Notes: generated by a model from the sequence alone, not told the origin. Positions 39,682-51,631 are shown, numbered from the stretch's first letter. The stretch: 64,000 nucleotides of DNA from Vulcanimicrobiota bacterium (GCA_963812135.1 CAWETU010000001.1:1440001-1504000), one strand, 5' to 3'. Made by a program: numbers and translations.

Positions 39682-40527
39682 ATGGCTGGTGCTGTCGTTG
39701 CGCTCGCGTTGAGCCTGGTCGCGGTGGTGCCGGCGAGTCCGCCCGCGCCGCTGCTGCCGCTCCATGACGGCATCCAAGCGACGTTTGTCGCGCTGGCGGA
39801 GCAGCAGGGCGCGACCTACGTGACGTTCGCGGTGGGTCAGACCGAGACGACGCTGCCGCTTGACCGAGCTGCGGTCGTGCGCGAACGAGCGGTGGGCGGT
39901 TCGTGGACGCCGATCGAGGCGACCGCGTTGCGCGCCGGTGCGCCCGTCGTCGTCTTCGAGAGCGGGCGGCGGATCGTCCAGATCGACACGCTCTACGCGC
40001 AGGTCGCAACACGCTTCGTGCTCGTGAAGAACGGTTATGGAGTGGCGCCATCGGGCGCGGTGTATCACCTTGTCGGCCGCGCTCGCGAGGAAGGAGCTTC
40101 CTTGCCGCAAGGCGCGTACGTGCTGTTGCGCGTCGCACCCGCTTCGAATGTCGCGTTCGACCTCGTCGCGTCGCAGACGCCGTTCGAAGATCGCAGCGCG
40201 CGCGTGCCGCGCGTGACGGTGACCGTCGAAGTATCGGTACCAGTGAACACGCCGTCGACAGACGTCGTCTACATGAGCACCGACGCGCTGAGCTGGACGC
40301 CGAACGGCGTGCGCATGTCGCCGCTGCCGGGCAACCGGTGGACCGTCACGCTGTCGATGACCGACGGCACGCTGCTCAAGTACAAGTACACGCGCGGAAC
40401 GTGGCAGACCGACGAGCGCGACCTGGCGGGCAACGAGATCGCCAATCGCTCGCTCACCGTCAACGCAAAAGGGCCGGCGCAGACCGTGAAGGACACGGTC
40501 GCACGCTGGGCCGACCGCTCGAGCTAG
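39682..40527 (+). CDS. Secreted protein with C-terminal CBM20-like carbohydrate-binding domain
   Basis: VPVNTP..DVVY...W.PNG..M....W...[10 protein letters not shown].....EIANR. Confidence 0.75.
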   Translation: MAGAVVALALSLVAVVPASPPAPLLPLHDGIQATFVALAEQQGATYVTFAVGQTETTLPLDRAAVVRERAVGGSWTPIEATALRAGAPVVVFESGRRIVQIDTLYAQVATRFVLVKNGYGVAPSGAVYHLVGRAREEGASLPQGAYVLLRVAPASNVAFDLVASQTPFEDRSARVPRVTVTVEVSVPVNTPSTDVVYMSTDALSWTPNGVRMSPLPGNRWTVTLSMTDGTLLKYKYTRGTWQTDERDLAGNEIANRSLTVNAKGPAQTVKDTVARWADRSS

Positions 40528-40537
40528 GGAGAGCGAC

Positions 40538-41494
40538 ATGGATACGCTTGATTTCGTCAAGGTGACGGAGGCGGCGGCGCTGGCGGCGTCGCGATGGATG
40601 GGCCGCGGCGAACGCGACAGCGCGGACCAAGCGGCGGTCGAGCGCATGCGCGAGACGCTCAACGAGATGGATATCCGCGGCAAGATCGTCATCGGCGAGG
40701 GCGAGCGCGACGAAGCGCCCATGCTGTACATCGGCGAAGTGGTGGGCCGCGGCGGCGTCGAGGTGGATATCGCCGTCGATCCGGTCGAAGGCACCAATCT
40801 CGTGGCGAACGGCTTGCCCAATTCGATCGCGGTATTGGCGGTGACCGCGAAAGGCGGACTGCTCAACGCGCCCGACACTTACATGGCGAAGCTCGCGGTC
40901 GGGCCCAAAGCCGCGCCGTATGTCCACATCGACGCGAGCGTCGACGAGAATCTCGAGGTCGTCGCCAACGCGCTCGAGCGGCCCATCGGCGACATCACCG
41001 TCGTCATCTTGGACCGGCCGCGCCACAAAGAGCTCATCGAAGAGGTGCGCGCCGCGGGCGCCAAGATCAAACTCATCTCCGACGGCGACGTCGATGCGGC
41101 CATCGCGACGGCGATCGAGGGCACCGGCATCAATGTCGCGATGGGGACCGGCGGCGCACCCGAAGGCGTGCTCGCCGCCGCCGCGCTGCGCTGCCTGGGC
41201 GGCGGATTCATGGGCCGCCTCAAGCCGCGCAACGAAGAAGAAGTCGCGCGCGCCAAGCAGATGGGCTTTGTCGACGTCGACAGGGTGCTCGCCATGGACG
41301 ATCTGGTCAAGACCGATGACGTGACCTTCGTCGCGAGCGGCATCACCGACGGCGATCTCTGCCGTGGCGTGCGCTTTTTCGGCAACGGCGCGCGCACCCA
41401 CTCGATCGTCATGAATTCGCAGGCGCGCACGGTGCGTTTCATCGAGACCGTCCATCAGCTGCGGGCCGAACCGGGCCACGCGCGCCATCATTGA
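40538..41494 (+). CDS. glpX: Class II fructose-1,6-bisphosphatase
   Basis: [33 protein letters not shown]. Confidence 0.98.
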   Translation: MDTLDFVKVTEAAALAASRWMGRGERDSADQAAVERMRETLNEMDIRGKIVIGEGERDEAPMLYIGEVVGRGGVEVDIAVDPVEGTNLVANGLPNSIAVLAVTAKGGLLNAPDTYMAKLAVGPKAAPYVHIDASVDENLEVVANALERPIGDITVVILDRPRHKELIEEVRAAGAKIKLISDGDVDAAIATAIEGTGINVAMGTGGAPEGVLAAAALRCLGGGFMGRLKPRNEEEVARAKQMGFVDVDRVLAMDDLVKTDDVTFVASGITDGDLCRGVRFFGNGARTHSIVMNSQARTVRFIETVHQLRAEPGHARHH

Positions 41495-41991
41495 TCCGTC
41501 TGCTCACGCCGGACGCGATGGCCGACCGCGTCGAAGACATCACGGTCGAACTGCTGCGCGGCATGGGGGTGAGCGGCGTCGCGCTCGATCTGGACAACAC
41601 GATCGTGCCGTGGCACACCGCCGATGTCACGCCGTCGGTGAGCGCGTGGGTCGCGCGGCTCCTCGCAGGCGGCATGCGCGTCTGCCTGGTCACCAACAAC
41701 TATGCAGGCCACGCTGCCGACGTCGCCGCCGAACTGCACGTGCCGATCGTCGCGGGGGCGCTCAAACCGGCGCCCATCGCGTTTCGCAAGGCGCTCGCGA
41801 CCCTGGGCGTGCGGCCCGCCAACGGCGTGGTGATCGGCGACCAGCTGTTCACCGACGTCTTGGGCGGCAAGCTCTTGGGGATGCACGCGATCTTGGTCAA
41901 GCCCATCGGCGGCCGCGAGTTTTTCACGACGCGCTTGATGCGGCTGATGGAGCGGCCGCTGCTCGCGCGGATGCATCTCCCGCTGCGGTGA
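41491..41991 (+). CDS. yqeG: YqeG family HAD IIIA phosphatase
   Basis: DLDNTIVPW, KP, IGDQLFTDVLGG. Confidence 0.92.
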   Translation: MIRLLTPDAMADRVEDITVELLRGMGVSGVALDLDNTIVPWHTADVTPSVSAWVARLLAGGMRVCLVTNNYAGHAADVAAELHVPIVAGALKPAPIAFRKALATLGVRPANGVVIGDQLFTDVLGGKLLGMHAILVKPIGGREFFTTRLMRLMERPLLARMHLPLR

Positions 41992-42737
41992 GCGCCGCGT
42001 ATGCGTTGATCGGCGATCCGGTGGCGCACTCGCTCTCGCCGGTGATGCAAAACGCCGCGTTCACAGCGGCGGGCATCGACGCGAGCTACGAAGCGATCCG
42101 CGTGCCGCCCGAAGACCTGACGTCGTTCATCGGGATGGCGCGCTCGGGCAGCGTCGACGGCTTCAACGTCACTACGCCGCTCAAAGAGCAGATGCTCGGC
42201 TACCTCGACGACGCCAGCGACTCCGCGCGCGAGGCGGGCGCCGCCAACGCCGTGCGGCGCGACGGCGATCTTCTGACCGGGCACAACACGGACGGCGATG
42301 GTTTGGTCGCTGCGCTTACCGACCTCTGGCAATGGGATCCGCGCGGCGCCAGTGCGCTGGTGCTCGGCAGCGGACCCGCGGCTCGCGCGTTCGCGAAAGC
42401 GCTCAAGCGCGCGGGCGCGGTCGCGATCTCGTGCTGGTCGCGCAACGCGCAAACCGCGCGGGCCATCGGTCCGCCGCCGCGCCGCCAGGTCGATCTCGCC
42501 GTGTGCGCGTTGCCGCACGACGCGGTCGTACCGGACGAGATCTTGGAGAGCATCGACACGCACACGTCGCTGTTCGACGCAAACTATGGCGCGCCGCGCT
42601 CGCCGTTCCCACCGCGCATCGGCGCGCGGCGTGCGGACGGTCTCGCGCTATTGCTCCATCAGGGGGCGCTGTCGTTCGAGTGGTGGACGGGGCGGCCGGC
42701 GCCGCTGGAGGTCATGCGTCGTGCGATCGGCCTGTAA
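41988..42737 (+). CDS. aroE: Shikimate dehydrogenase
   Basis: IGDPVAHSLSPVMQNAAF, GFNVTTPLK, GHNTDG, LLHQGA. Start at GTG 41988. Confidence 0.93.
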   Translation: MSAAYALIGDPVAHSLSPVMQNAAFTAAGIDASYEAIRVPPEDLTSFIGMARSGSVDGFNVTTPLKEQMLGYLDDASDSAREAGAANAVRRDGDLLTGHNTDGDGLVAALTDLWQWDPRGASALVLGSGPAARAFAKALKRAGAVAISCWSRNAQTARAIGPPPRRQVDLAVCALPHDAVVPDEILESIDTHTSLFDANYGAPRSPFPPRIGARRADGLALLLHQGALSFEWWTGRPAPLEVMRRAIGL

Positions 42738-43632
42738 CCGACTTCGTGCCCGTCGCCTGATCCCACAATTGGAAATCGCGGCGGCTGCGCATGGTGGCGA
42801 ACTCCATCCGCGCGCGGACGCGCGCGTACAGCTCGATGAGCGCCGCGCCCGCGAACCAGTGCAGGCGGCGCCAATCCTGGCGCACGTAGCTGCCGGTCGC
42901 GCGCAGCAGCAGACGCGGATCCATCGTCGAGACGCGGACGCCGTAGTCGCGTTCGGCTTGAAGGTTGCAGACGATCCAGCGCGTGCGCTGGCGGACGAAG
43001 TCGGGCAGCGCGCCCGGGCCGCAGTTCTCGATCAGCGCATCCGGAGCGTACGTGGCGCGGTAGCCTGCGCGCTCGATCTCGCACACGATCGACACTTCGT
43101 CGGCGAGCACGCTCGCGTCGAGCGGCTTCACGACGTTGCGGAAGGCGAGCATCTCGCCCATCTTCGGTTTCATGGACGAGACTTCGTTGTGCAGCCGCCA
43201 CATCAGGTTGATGGCGAAACCGGTGAACGTGTCGGGCGTGTTGACCGGCACCACGTGGGCGCCGACGACGCCGATGCGCGGATCCGAGAAGGGCGCCGTG
43301 ATGCGCTCGACGGTGGTGGGATGGAAGCCCACGTCGGCACTGGTGAGCACGAGCAGCGGGGCTTGCGCGAGGGCGAGGAATTGGTTGACCGCGTGGACCT
43401 TGCCGCGGCGCTCTTCGTCGGCGACGAGCACGATGCGCGCATCGCGGGCGGCGTAGCGCTGCACGATGTCGCACGTCGCGTCGGTGCAGCCGCTGGCGAC
43501 GACGTAGACGCGCTCGATGATCGCATCCGCGCTTTGCGAGAGCAAGCTGTCGAGCAAGTGCCCGATGTTGCCCTCTTCATTGTACGCCATGACGCCGATG
43601 GCGACGCCAAGCGGCGCGAGCGCCTTTTCCAT
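42712..43632 (-). CDS. GT2 family glycosyltransferase
   Basis: MAYNEE, ASGCTD, RRGK, LADE, RQRTRW. Start at ATG 43632 is inferred. Confidence 0.88.
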   Translation of the reverse strand: MEKALAPLGVAIGVMAYNEEGNIGHLLDSLLSQSADAIIERVYVVASGCTDATCDIVQRYAARDARIVLVADEERRGKVHAVNQFLALAQAPLLVLTSADVGFHPTTVERITAPFSDPRIGVVGAHVVPVNTPDTFTGFAINLMWRLHNEVSSMKPKMGEMLAFRNVVKPLDASVLADEVSIVCEIERAGYRATYAPDALIENCGPGALPDFVRQRTRWIVCNLQAERDYGVRVSTMDPRLLLRATGSYVRQDWRRLHWFAGAALIELYARVRARMEFATMRSRRDFQLWDQATGTKSVTGRSHDA

Positions 43633-43682
43633 CTCAATGCCGCTTCCGCACAGCGAGCGCGAAGCCATGCTTCGGAGGCGTC

Positions 43683-44844
43683 GTGAGCGTGCGCGAGGCA
43701 TGCCCGATCTGCGATACGCAAGCGCCGGCCGCGTTCTTGCAGCGCGACGGCGTCCCCGTGCACCAGAATCTGCTGTTCGACGAGCCCCGGCGCCGCACGC
43801 GATATCGCACGCGGTAGATTGGAGTTGTCGGCGTGCCCGACATGCGGGTTCGTCTACAACCGCGCGTTCGACCCTTCATTGCTCGCCTACGGCGAGCGCT
43901 ACGAGAACGCGCAAGATTGCTCGCCCGCGTTCGCCGCGCACATGCGCTTGTTGGCAGACGAGATCGTGCGCGCGGCCCCGGAAGATGCTCGCATCGTCGA
44001 GATCGGCTGCGGCAAGGGATCGTTCCTGCGCGCGCTGGTGGACGCCGTGCCGGGCGCGCGCGCCATCGGTTTCGATCCAAGCTATACGGGCGATGAGAGC
44101 GAGCGCGACGGCCGCTTGCGCTTCGAGCGGCGCTTCTTCGACGAGTCAGCCGACGTCGGAGCTGTCGACGTCGTGATCTGCCGCCATGTGATCGAGCACG
44201 TCGCCGACCCAGCCGCGCTCTTGGGGTCGTTGCGCCGTACGCTGGACAGCTCGCCGGGGGCGCGGCTGTATTTCGAAACGCCATGCGTCGAGTGGATCTT
44301 GCGCAACCACGTCATCTGGGATGTATTCTACGAGCACTGCTCCTATTTCAGCGCCGGTTCCCTCGCGTTCGCATTCGAACGCGCCGGTTTCATCGTCGCA
44401 AGCGTCCGCCGCGTGTTCGTGGGCCAGTACTTATGGCTCGAAGCGGTTCCGGCTGCATCGCACCGGGCATATGCGCCGGCACCCGGTGCGGTCCCCGAGC
44501 TGGCGCACGGGTTCGCACAGGACTACGACCCGCTCGTCGATCGATGGCGGCAAACGATCCAGACCGCAGCCGCACATGGCAAGGTCGCCGTGTGGGGTGC
44601 AGGTGCGAAAGGCGTCACGTTTGCGAACGTCGCGGATCCGGACGCGGCGTTGCTTGATTGCGTCATCGACTTGAATCCGAACAAACAAGGACGCTTCGTC
44701 CCCGGCACGGGCCATCCGATCGTCGAGCCCAGCGTCGCCGCGCTGCGCGGCGTGCGCAGCGCGGTGCTGATGAATCCGAACTACGCGCGCGAAAACGCAG
44801 AGCTGCTCGCCGCGAGCGGCCTGCCGATCGATCTGGTCGCGTGA
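43683..44844 (+). CDS. NDP-sugar C-methyltransferase-like protein; apparent frameshift near 43786
   Basis: CPIC in the upstream frame and CPTC (Zn finger), EIGCGKG, YEHCSYF, WGAGAKG. Confidence 0.85.
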
Positions 44845-45707
44845 GCGTCGTCGTCACCGGCGCCAGCGCGTTCGTCGGTCGCGAGGTGTTGGACGCGCTC
44901 GCGGACGCTCCGTTCGACGTGATCGCGGTCAGCCGACGGCCTCCGGCGCTGGATGGCGAACGCGTGCGCTGGCAACAGCTCGACCTGATGGACGCGGCTG
45001 CCGTCTCGCGATTGTTCGCGACGTTCAAGCCGACGCATCTGCTGCATCTCGCATGGTGCGCGGGCAGCTCCGCGTATCGGAGCGATCCAGCCAATCGGGC
45101 GTGGGCGCGCGCCAGCGCATCGCTCGCGCGCGATTTCTACGAACACGGCGGCCAACGCGCCGTTTTCGCGGGCACGTCCGCCGAATACCAGGCGCCGGAG
45201 ACGCGTTCGTTGTATGCGCAGAGCAAGATCGCCGCCGCCGCCGCCATGAGCGCGCACGCGGGGAGTCGCGGCCGGCGTTTTGCGTGGGGGAGGATCTTCT
45301 TGCCGTACGGACCGCACGACGCGCCGCATCGCCTCGTGCCTTCGGTCATCGATGCGCTGCTTGCCGGCCGCACGGCGCATTGCTCGCCCGGCGAGCAGAT
45401 ACGTGATTTCGTGCATGTGAGCGATGTGGCGGCGGCGTTGGTGACGCTGCTGCGCGTCGAGCGCGATGGACCGGTCGACATCGGAACCGGCCAAGGCTCG
45501 ACGATCCGCCACGTCGCGGAGGTGATCGCGCGCCAGCTGAACCATCCGGAGCTCGTCCGTTTCGACGGCGCGCCGCCGGATGCGTCGGAACCGGCGTCGC
45601 TGATCGCCGACGCACGCGCGTTGCGCGCGCTGGGCTGGCAACCGCGCACGCTCGAGACCGGTCTGGCGGAGACGATCGCATGGCACCGCGCGAGGACCGT
45701 CGCGTGA
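44841..45707 (+). CDS. NAD-dependent epimerase/reductase (extended SDR)
   Basis: VTGASAFVG, HLAW, YAQSK, RDFVHVSDVA. Start at GTG 44841. Confidence 0.9.
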   Translation: MSVVVTGASAFVGREVLDALADAPFDVIAVSRRPPALDGERVRWQQLDLMDAAAVSRLFATFKPTHLLHLAWCAGSSAYRSDPANRAWARASASLARDFYEHGGQRAVFAGTSAEYQAPETRSLYAQSKIAAAAAMSAHAGSRGRRFAWGRIFLPYGPHDAPHRLVPSVIDALLAGRTAHCSPGEQIRDFVHVSDVAAALVTLLRVERDGPVDIGTGQGSTIRHVAEVIARQLNHPELVRFDGAPPDASEPASLIADARALRALGWQPRTLETGLAETIAWHRARTVA

Positions 45708-46474
45708 AAGCGGTGATCCTGGCCGGCGGCTACGGCACGCGCATCAGCGAGGAGACGCAGACGCGTCCCAAACCGATGGTCGAGATCGGCGGCAAGCCGG
45801 TGCTGTGGCACATCATGAAGACGTATTCGCATCACGGCATCAACGATTTCATCATCTGCTGTGGATACAAGGGTTACCTGATCAAAGAGTACTTCGCCAA
45901 TTATGCGCTTCACATGTCGGACGTGACGTTCGACATGCGCCGCCGCAACGTCGTCATCCATCAGACCAACGCCGAGCCATGGTCGGTGACGCTGGTCGAC
46001 ACCGGCGAAGAGACGGCGACCGGCGGGCGGCTGCGTCGCGTCGCGTCGTATCTCGGCGATGAGGATTTCTGCTTCACGTACGGCGACGGCGTGGGCGACA
46101 TCGACATCGGGGCGCTGCGCGCGTTCCATCGCGACAAAGGAACGCTTGCCACTGTGACGGCGGTCCATCCGCCCGGCCGTTTCGGCGTGCTCACGATGGC
46201 GCGCGACAAGATCGCCGAGTTCAAGGAAAAGCCGCAAGAGGACGTCGGTTGGATCAACGGCGGCTACTTCGTGCTTTCGCCGAAAGTCATCGAGTACGTG
46301 ACCGGTGACGACATCGCTTGGGAGCGCGAGCCGATGGAGCGGCTTGCGCGCGAAGGGCAGCTTTCGGCGTTCATGCACGATGGTTTCTGGCAGCCGCTCG
46401 ACACGCTGCGCGACCGCAATCTGCTCAACGACTTGTGGAACAGCGGCCAAGCGCCGTGGAAGAAGTGGCAATAG
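45704..46474 (+). CDS. rfbF: Glucose-1-phosphate cytidylyltransferase
   Basis: AVILAGGYGTRISEET..PKPMVEIG, TGGRL, FWQPLDTLRD. Confidence 0.97.
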   Translation: MKAVILAGGYGTRISEETQTRPKPMVEIGGKPVLWHIMKTYSHHGINDFIICCGYKGYLIKEYFANYALHMSDVTFDMRRRNVVIHQTNAEPWSVTLVDTGEETATGGRLRRVASYLGDEDFCFTYGDGVGDIDIGALRAFHRDKGTLATVTAVHPPGRFGVLTMARDKIAEFKEKPQEDVGWINGGYFVLSPKVIEYVTGDDIAWEREPMERLAREGQLSAFMHDGFWQPLDTLRDRNLLNDLWNSGQAPWKKWQ

Positions 46475-47560
46475 ATCCCGGGTTTTGGCGCGACAAGCGC
46501 GTCTTGCTGACGGGCCACACCGGCTTCAAGGGGAGCTGGTGCTCGATCTGGCTGGAGCGGCTGGGCGCGCGGGTGTCGGGGTTCGCGCTCGCGCCGGAGA
46601 CGACGCCGGATCTGTATTCGGTTGCCGGCGTCGGCGCGCGCATGCACAGCCGCATCGCCGATGTCCGCGATCGCGACGCGGTGCGCGCAGCGTTCGACGA
46701 AGCGCAACCGGAGATCGTCCTGCACATGGCGGCGCAGCCGCTCGTGCGCGCTTCATATGAAGAGCCGGTCGCCACGTATGCGATCAACGTTGTGGGCACT
46801 GCGAACGTCATCGAAGCCGCGAGCCGCTGCGCGTCCGTGCGCGCGGTCGTCGTGTTGACGAGCGACAAATGCTACGATCTGCGAGGCGCGACCGGGCCGC
46901 GCGCGGAGACGGACCCGCTGGGCGGCAGCGATCCGTACTCCGCCAGCAAAGCCGGCGCGGAGCTCGTGACCGCATCGTTACGTTCGGCGTTGTTCGGCGG
47001 CGGCGCAGCGAGCGCTGCTGCAGTCGCCACCGCGCGCGCCGGCAACACGCTCGGCGGCGGCGATTGGGCGCGAGACCGCCTGCTGCCCGATCTGATCTCT
47101 TCCTTTATCCGTGGCGTTCCGGCGCGCATCCGCAATCCCGGCGCGATCCGGCCCTGGCAGCACGTCCTCGATCCGCTGCGCGGCTATCTCGTGCTCGCCC
47201 AGCGCCTTTTCGAGTCGCGCGACCAGGGCCGAGCGCGACCGCTACGCAGCGAAGCTGGAACTTCGGGCCTGCCGGCGCCGCAGACGCATCCGGTCGCGTG
47301 GCTTGCGGACGGGGCGGCGTCGCGATGGGGCTCCGGCGCGCGATGGGAAGCCGACGCAAGGCGCGCACCCGCACGAGGCGCCCGATCTACAGTTGGACAG
47401 CGCGCGAGCGCAGCAGCAGCTGGATTGGAGCGCGCGGCTTCCTTTAGACGAAGCGCTCGACTGGACCGTCGCATGGTACCGCCGTTTCGCGGACGGCGCG
47501 GACGCTCGCGCGCTGGTCGAGGCCGACATCGAGCGCTACGACTCGTTGGTGCGCGCGTGA
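46465..47560 (+). CDS. rfbG: CDP-glucose 4,6-dehydratase; apparent frameshifts at ~47220-47365
   Basis: LTGHTGFKGSW, TSDKCY, DPYSASK, RPWQHVL; the WNFGP and PHEA..L.LD motifs lie in another frame. Confidence 0.93.
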
Positions 47561-48787
47561 ACGCGCTCGCCTGCCGCCTGTGCGGCGCGCCGCTGCCCGA
47601 GCCGTTCATCGATCTTGGGCTTTCGCCGCTGTCCAACTCGCTCGTCGACGCAGCCGACCTGTCCACGCCGGACGCGATGTACCCGCTGCGCGCGCACGTG
47701 TGCGAACGCTGTTGGCTCGTCCAAGTGCCCGAGTGCGCGGCGCCCGAACGAATTTTCCGCGACTATGCATACTTCTCGTCGTACTCGACGACGTGGCTAG
47801 CGCACGTGCGCCGCTACGCGCAACGCATGCGCGAGCGCCTCGGCCTCGGCGCCGGTTCGCTGGTCATCGAAATCGCGAGCAACGATGGTCACCTGCTCTC
47901 CGAGTTCGCGAGCGCGCAGGTGCCGGTGCTGGGCATCGAGCCCGCGCGCAACATCGCATCCGTCGCGGTCGCCAAGCGGGATCCCGACGATCAACGAATT
48001 TCTGTCCGCCGAATCGGCCCGCGCGCTGCGCGCGCAAGGCCGCAGCGCCGACCTGCTGGTCGCCAACAACGTCCTCGCGCACGTGCCGCAGCTCCACGAC
48101 TTCATCGCCGGGCTGGCCGCGCTGCTCAAGCGAGAGGGCACCCTGACGCTCGAGTTCCCGCACCTCGCGCGCATGCTCGAGCGCGTGGAGTTCGATACGA
48201 TCTATCACGAGCATTTCTCGTACTTCTCATTGCTCGCCGCGCAGCGCGCGCTCGCAGAGCACGGCCTTGAGGTCGTCGACGTCGAAGAACTGCCGACGCA
48301 CGGCGGCTCGCTGCGCGTGTACGCGATGCACGCCGGGCAGGCGAGCGCGACGCCGGCGGTCGCGCAGCTGATCGAGCGAGAAGAAGAAGCCGGTCTGCGC
48401 CGGCGCGAGACGTATGCGCGTTTTGCCGCGCAGGCGAGCTCGACGCGTGACGAGCTCGCGCGGTTCTTGCGCGCCGCGGCGAGCGAGGGCGCTACGGTCG
48501 CGGGCTATGGCGCGCCCGCGAAAGCGACGACGCTGCTCAACTACTGCGGCGTGGGCACCGACATGTTGCCTTACACGGTGGATCGCAGCCCGCACAAGCA
48601 GGGCAAACACATCCCCGGCGTGCGCACGCCGATCTTCGCTCCCGAAAAAATCTTCGAGACGCGGCCCGACTACATCCTGATCCTGCCATGGAACATCGCG
48701 GACGAGATCCGCGAACAGATGTCGGGCGCGAGCGCATGGGGCGCGCGTTTCGTGGTGCCGATCCCGTCACCGGTGGTGGTGGCATGA
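47557..48787 (+). CDS. NDP-hexose 3-C-methyltransferase family; apparent frameshift near 47975
   Basis: CRLC/CERC, EIASNDG, ANNVLAHVP, DTIYHEHFSYF, THGGS, YGAPAK, LPWN. Confidence 0.92.
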
Positions 48788-49522
48788 CCGAACGCGAACC
48801 GTCCGGCCCGTCCGATCCGCAGCAGATCGCGGCGATGGCGGCGGACGCAGATCTGCGCCGCGCGGCCGACGAGTTCGTGCTGCTCGGCTGCCGGCATCGC
48901 TATCCGTACAATTTCTCGTGGCTCGGCGTGCCGGTGATCCAGTTCCCGCAAGACCTCGTCGCGCTCCAGCAGATCATCTGGGAAGCGCGACCGGACGTGA
49001 TCGTCGAGACCGGCGTGGCGCACGGCGGCGGCAGCATCTTTCTCGCATCCATGCTGGAGCTGCTTGGCGGCGACGGCCGGATCATCGCGATCGACGTCGA
49101 CATCCGCCCGCGCAATCGCAGCGCGATCGAGTCGCATCCGTTGAGCCCGCGCATCGAGCTGCTCGAAGGCTCATCGACAGATCCCGCGATCGTGCGGCGC
49201 GTCCACGATCGCGCGCGCGACAAGCGCGTGCTGCTGGTGTTGGACTCCGATCACACGCACGCCCACGTTTTGGCGGAGTTGCGCGCGTATGCGCCGCTCG
49301 TGCGCCGCGGCAGTTACGCGGTCGTCCTCGACACGATCGTCGAACGCATGGCACCGCAAGAGATCGGCGATCGGCCGTGGGCGCCCGGGAACAGCCCGAT
49401 GAGCGCGGTGCGCGAATTCCTGGCGGAGAGCGATCGCTTCGAGATCGACCGGCGTTTCGAAGACACGCTGCATGATCACCGTCGCGCCGGGCGGCTACCT
49501 GCGTTGCATCAAGGATTCTTGA
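48784..49522 (+). CDS. CmcI/cephalosporin-hydroxylase family (rhamnosyl O-methyltransferase-like); apparent frameshift near 49470
   Basis: YNFSWLGVPVIQFPQD, ETGVAHGG, LDSDHTHAHV; the C-terminal ITVAPGGYL lies in a shifted frame. Confidence 0.88.
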
Positions 49523-50554
49523 CCGCGCCGTTGGCCGCGACGATCACGACCATCATCCCCACGTTCCGCCGGCCGCTCGCGTTGCGCCGCGCGATCGAAA
49601 GCGTTTTGGCGACAGACATATCCAGATGTGTGCGTGCGCGTCTACGACAACGCATCGGGCGACGAAACCGGCGAGATGGTCGCCACGATGGCGCAGGCGG
49701 ACGCGAGGCTGCGCTACACGGCGCGCCCCGAGAACGTCGGCGCGGCCGAGAATTTCATCCAAGCGTCGGCCGATGTGGAGACGCCGTTCGTCTCATTTCT
49801 GTCGGACGACGATCGCTTGCTGCCCGGTTTCTTCGCAAATGCGCTGCGTGAGCTCGAGCGCTATCCGCAGGCAGGATTGTTCGCGGGGTCGACGCTTGAG
49901 TTCGATGCTGCGGATCGGGTGCAATACGCGCCACTCGCCTGGTGGCCGCGCGAGGGCCTCTACGAGCCGGCCGAATCGGTCCTGCGCATGCTCGGCAACC
50001 GCCATCCCACCTGGACGGGCATCGTGTTCCGCAGCGACGCGCTGCGCGCGGCGGGCGGGCTCGACCGCGCAGCGAGCATGGCGTTGGATTTGGACGCCGA
50101 GCTGCGCGTGGCGGCGCGCTACCCGATCGTCATCTCGTTCGCCGCAAGCGCGGTCTACGCGCCGCACAGCGGATCGATCTCCGCAGCCGAGACGCCTGCG
50201 GTGATTCCGGCGTACGAACGCATCATCGCCAACCTCGAAGCGGTCGACACGCTGCCGGCGGCAATCCGCCGTCAAGCGGTCGTTCTGTTGCAGCGCCAGC
50301 TGCGCATGAAGCTCGTCGAAATCGCCGTCAAAGCGCAAGTCAGGCGCGACCCGGCAACGGCCGAAGCGGCGGCGCGGTTATTGCGCGATCGCTACGGTCC
50401 GCGCTGGCTTGGCGCTTCGCTCGCGCTGATGCAGTGGGCGTGCGCGCACGTTCCGGGTGCTCAAGCGTTGCTGCAATGGATGGAATCGAAGCGGCTCCAT
50501 GCCCGCGCCGCGCGCGCCGAGCGCTTTGCAGCGCACGCCGAACAGGATCTATGA
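49519..50554 (+). CDS. GT2 family glycosyltransferase; apparent frameshift near 49610
   Basis: IIPTFRRP..LRRAIESVL, then VYDNASGD, NVGAAENF, LSDDD. Confidence 0.88.
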
Positions 50555-51631
50555 GCTCGCGGGTTCGATCCAGGTGTCGCCAGCCGCGAGCCACGTGCGC
50601 ACGCCGCGCTGGTCGAATTGGAAATCCACGATCTTGCCGCCGGCCAGCTCGAGCCGCTCGCGCACTTTGTCGCGCCGCGTGAAGGGCGCGAAGATCAGCA
50701 AGAATCCGCCGCCGCCGGCGCCTAAGAGCTTGCCGCCGATCGCGCCGGCGCGCTTGGCGATCGTGTAAAGCTCGTCGATCGCGGCGTTCGAGATCCCCGA
50801 TGCGAGCCGTTTCTTGAGATGCCACGCGCGATCGAGGATCTCGCCGAATTCGACGAACCGGTTCTGCAGGAGCGAGCGCTTGAGCTCCAGCGTCAGCGCC
50901 TTGAGCTCCGCCAGGCTGTCCATCACGTCGGGCACGTGCGAGACGACGTTCGCGGTCTGCTCGCGCAGGATGTTCGACGACGCCCGCGTGCCGCCGGTGT
51001 AGCAGAGCAGCAAGTGGCAGTGGAGCTCGTTGAGCGCGTCCTCGCTGATGCGCAGGGGGTTGACGAGCACGCCCTCACCAGTGAATTCTATAAAGTTGAA
51101 GCCGCCGAACGTCGCAGCGTATTGGTCCTGCATCCCGCCCTGGATGTTGAGATCGGTCCGCTCGACGGCGTAGGCGAGCTCGGCCATCTCGTAGTCGGAG
51201 AGATGGCGCCCTTCTCGGCGCGCGAGCGCGGCGATCAGCGCGACGATCATGGCCGACGACGAACCCAAGCCGCTGCCGGGCGGGGCGTCGGAGCTCATGT
51301 AGCAGTCGAGCGAATCGGTGCCGAAGCGGTTGAAGATCGTCTGCGCTAGGTCGATGGTACCATCGAGAGGGCCGGATGGCCCGCGGAATTCGGCGACCCG
51401 GTTCAAGTCTGAGCTATGGACGCGGATGCCCTCTTCGTCGCGCGAGCGCAGGCTCACGAACGCGTATTTGTCGATCGCGCACGACAGCACGCAGCCGCCG
51501 AACTGCTCTGGATAGGGAGGCACGTCGGTCCCGCCGCCGCAGAAGCTGATGCGCAGCGGCGCGCGGCTGCGGATGACGTCAAACGAGGTCGCGGGGACCC
51601 CGGGCGCGAGAGAGACGACTCGTTTGTACAC
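50549..51631 (-). CDS. hddA: D-glycero-alpha-D-manno-heptose-7-phosphate kinase (GHMP)
   Basis: RAPLRISFCGGGTD, PPGSGLGSSS, GGMQDQYAA, GKLLGAGGGG. Confidence 0.88.
   Translation of the reverse strand: MYKRVVSLAPGVPATSFDVIRSRAPLRISFCGGGTDVPPYPEQFGGCVLSCAIDKYAFVSLRSRDEEGIRVHSSDLNRVAEFRGPSGPLDGTIDLAQTIFNRFGTDSLDCYMSSDAPPGSGLGSSSAMIVALIAALARREGRHLSDYEMAELAYAVERTDLNIQGGMQDQYAATFGGFNFIEFTGEGVLVNPLRISEDALNELHCHLLLCYTGGTRASSNILREQTANVVSHVPDVMDSLAELKALTLELKRSLLQNRFVEFGEILDRAWHLKKRLASGISNAAIDELYTIAKRAGAIGGKLLGAGGGGFLLIFAPFTRRDKVRERLELAGGKIVDFQFDQRGVRTWLAAGDTWIEPASS

Noticed and set aside
48784..49522. Cephalosporin hydroxylase as beta-lactam biosynthesis
   Set aside because: CmcI-family genes within sugar clusters are methyltransferase-like, and no beta-lactam genes are present.
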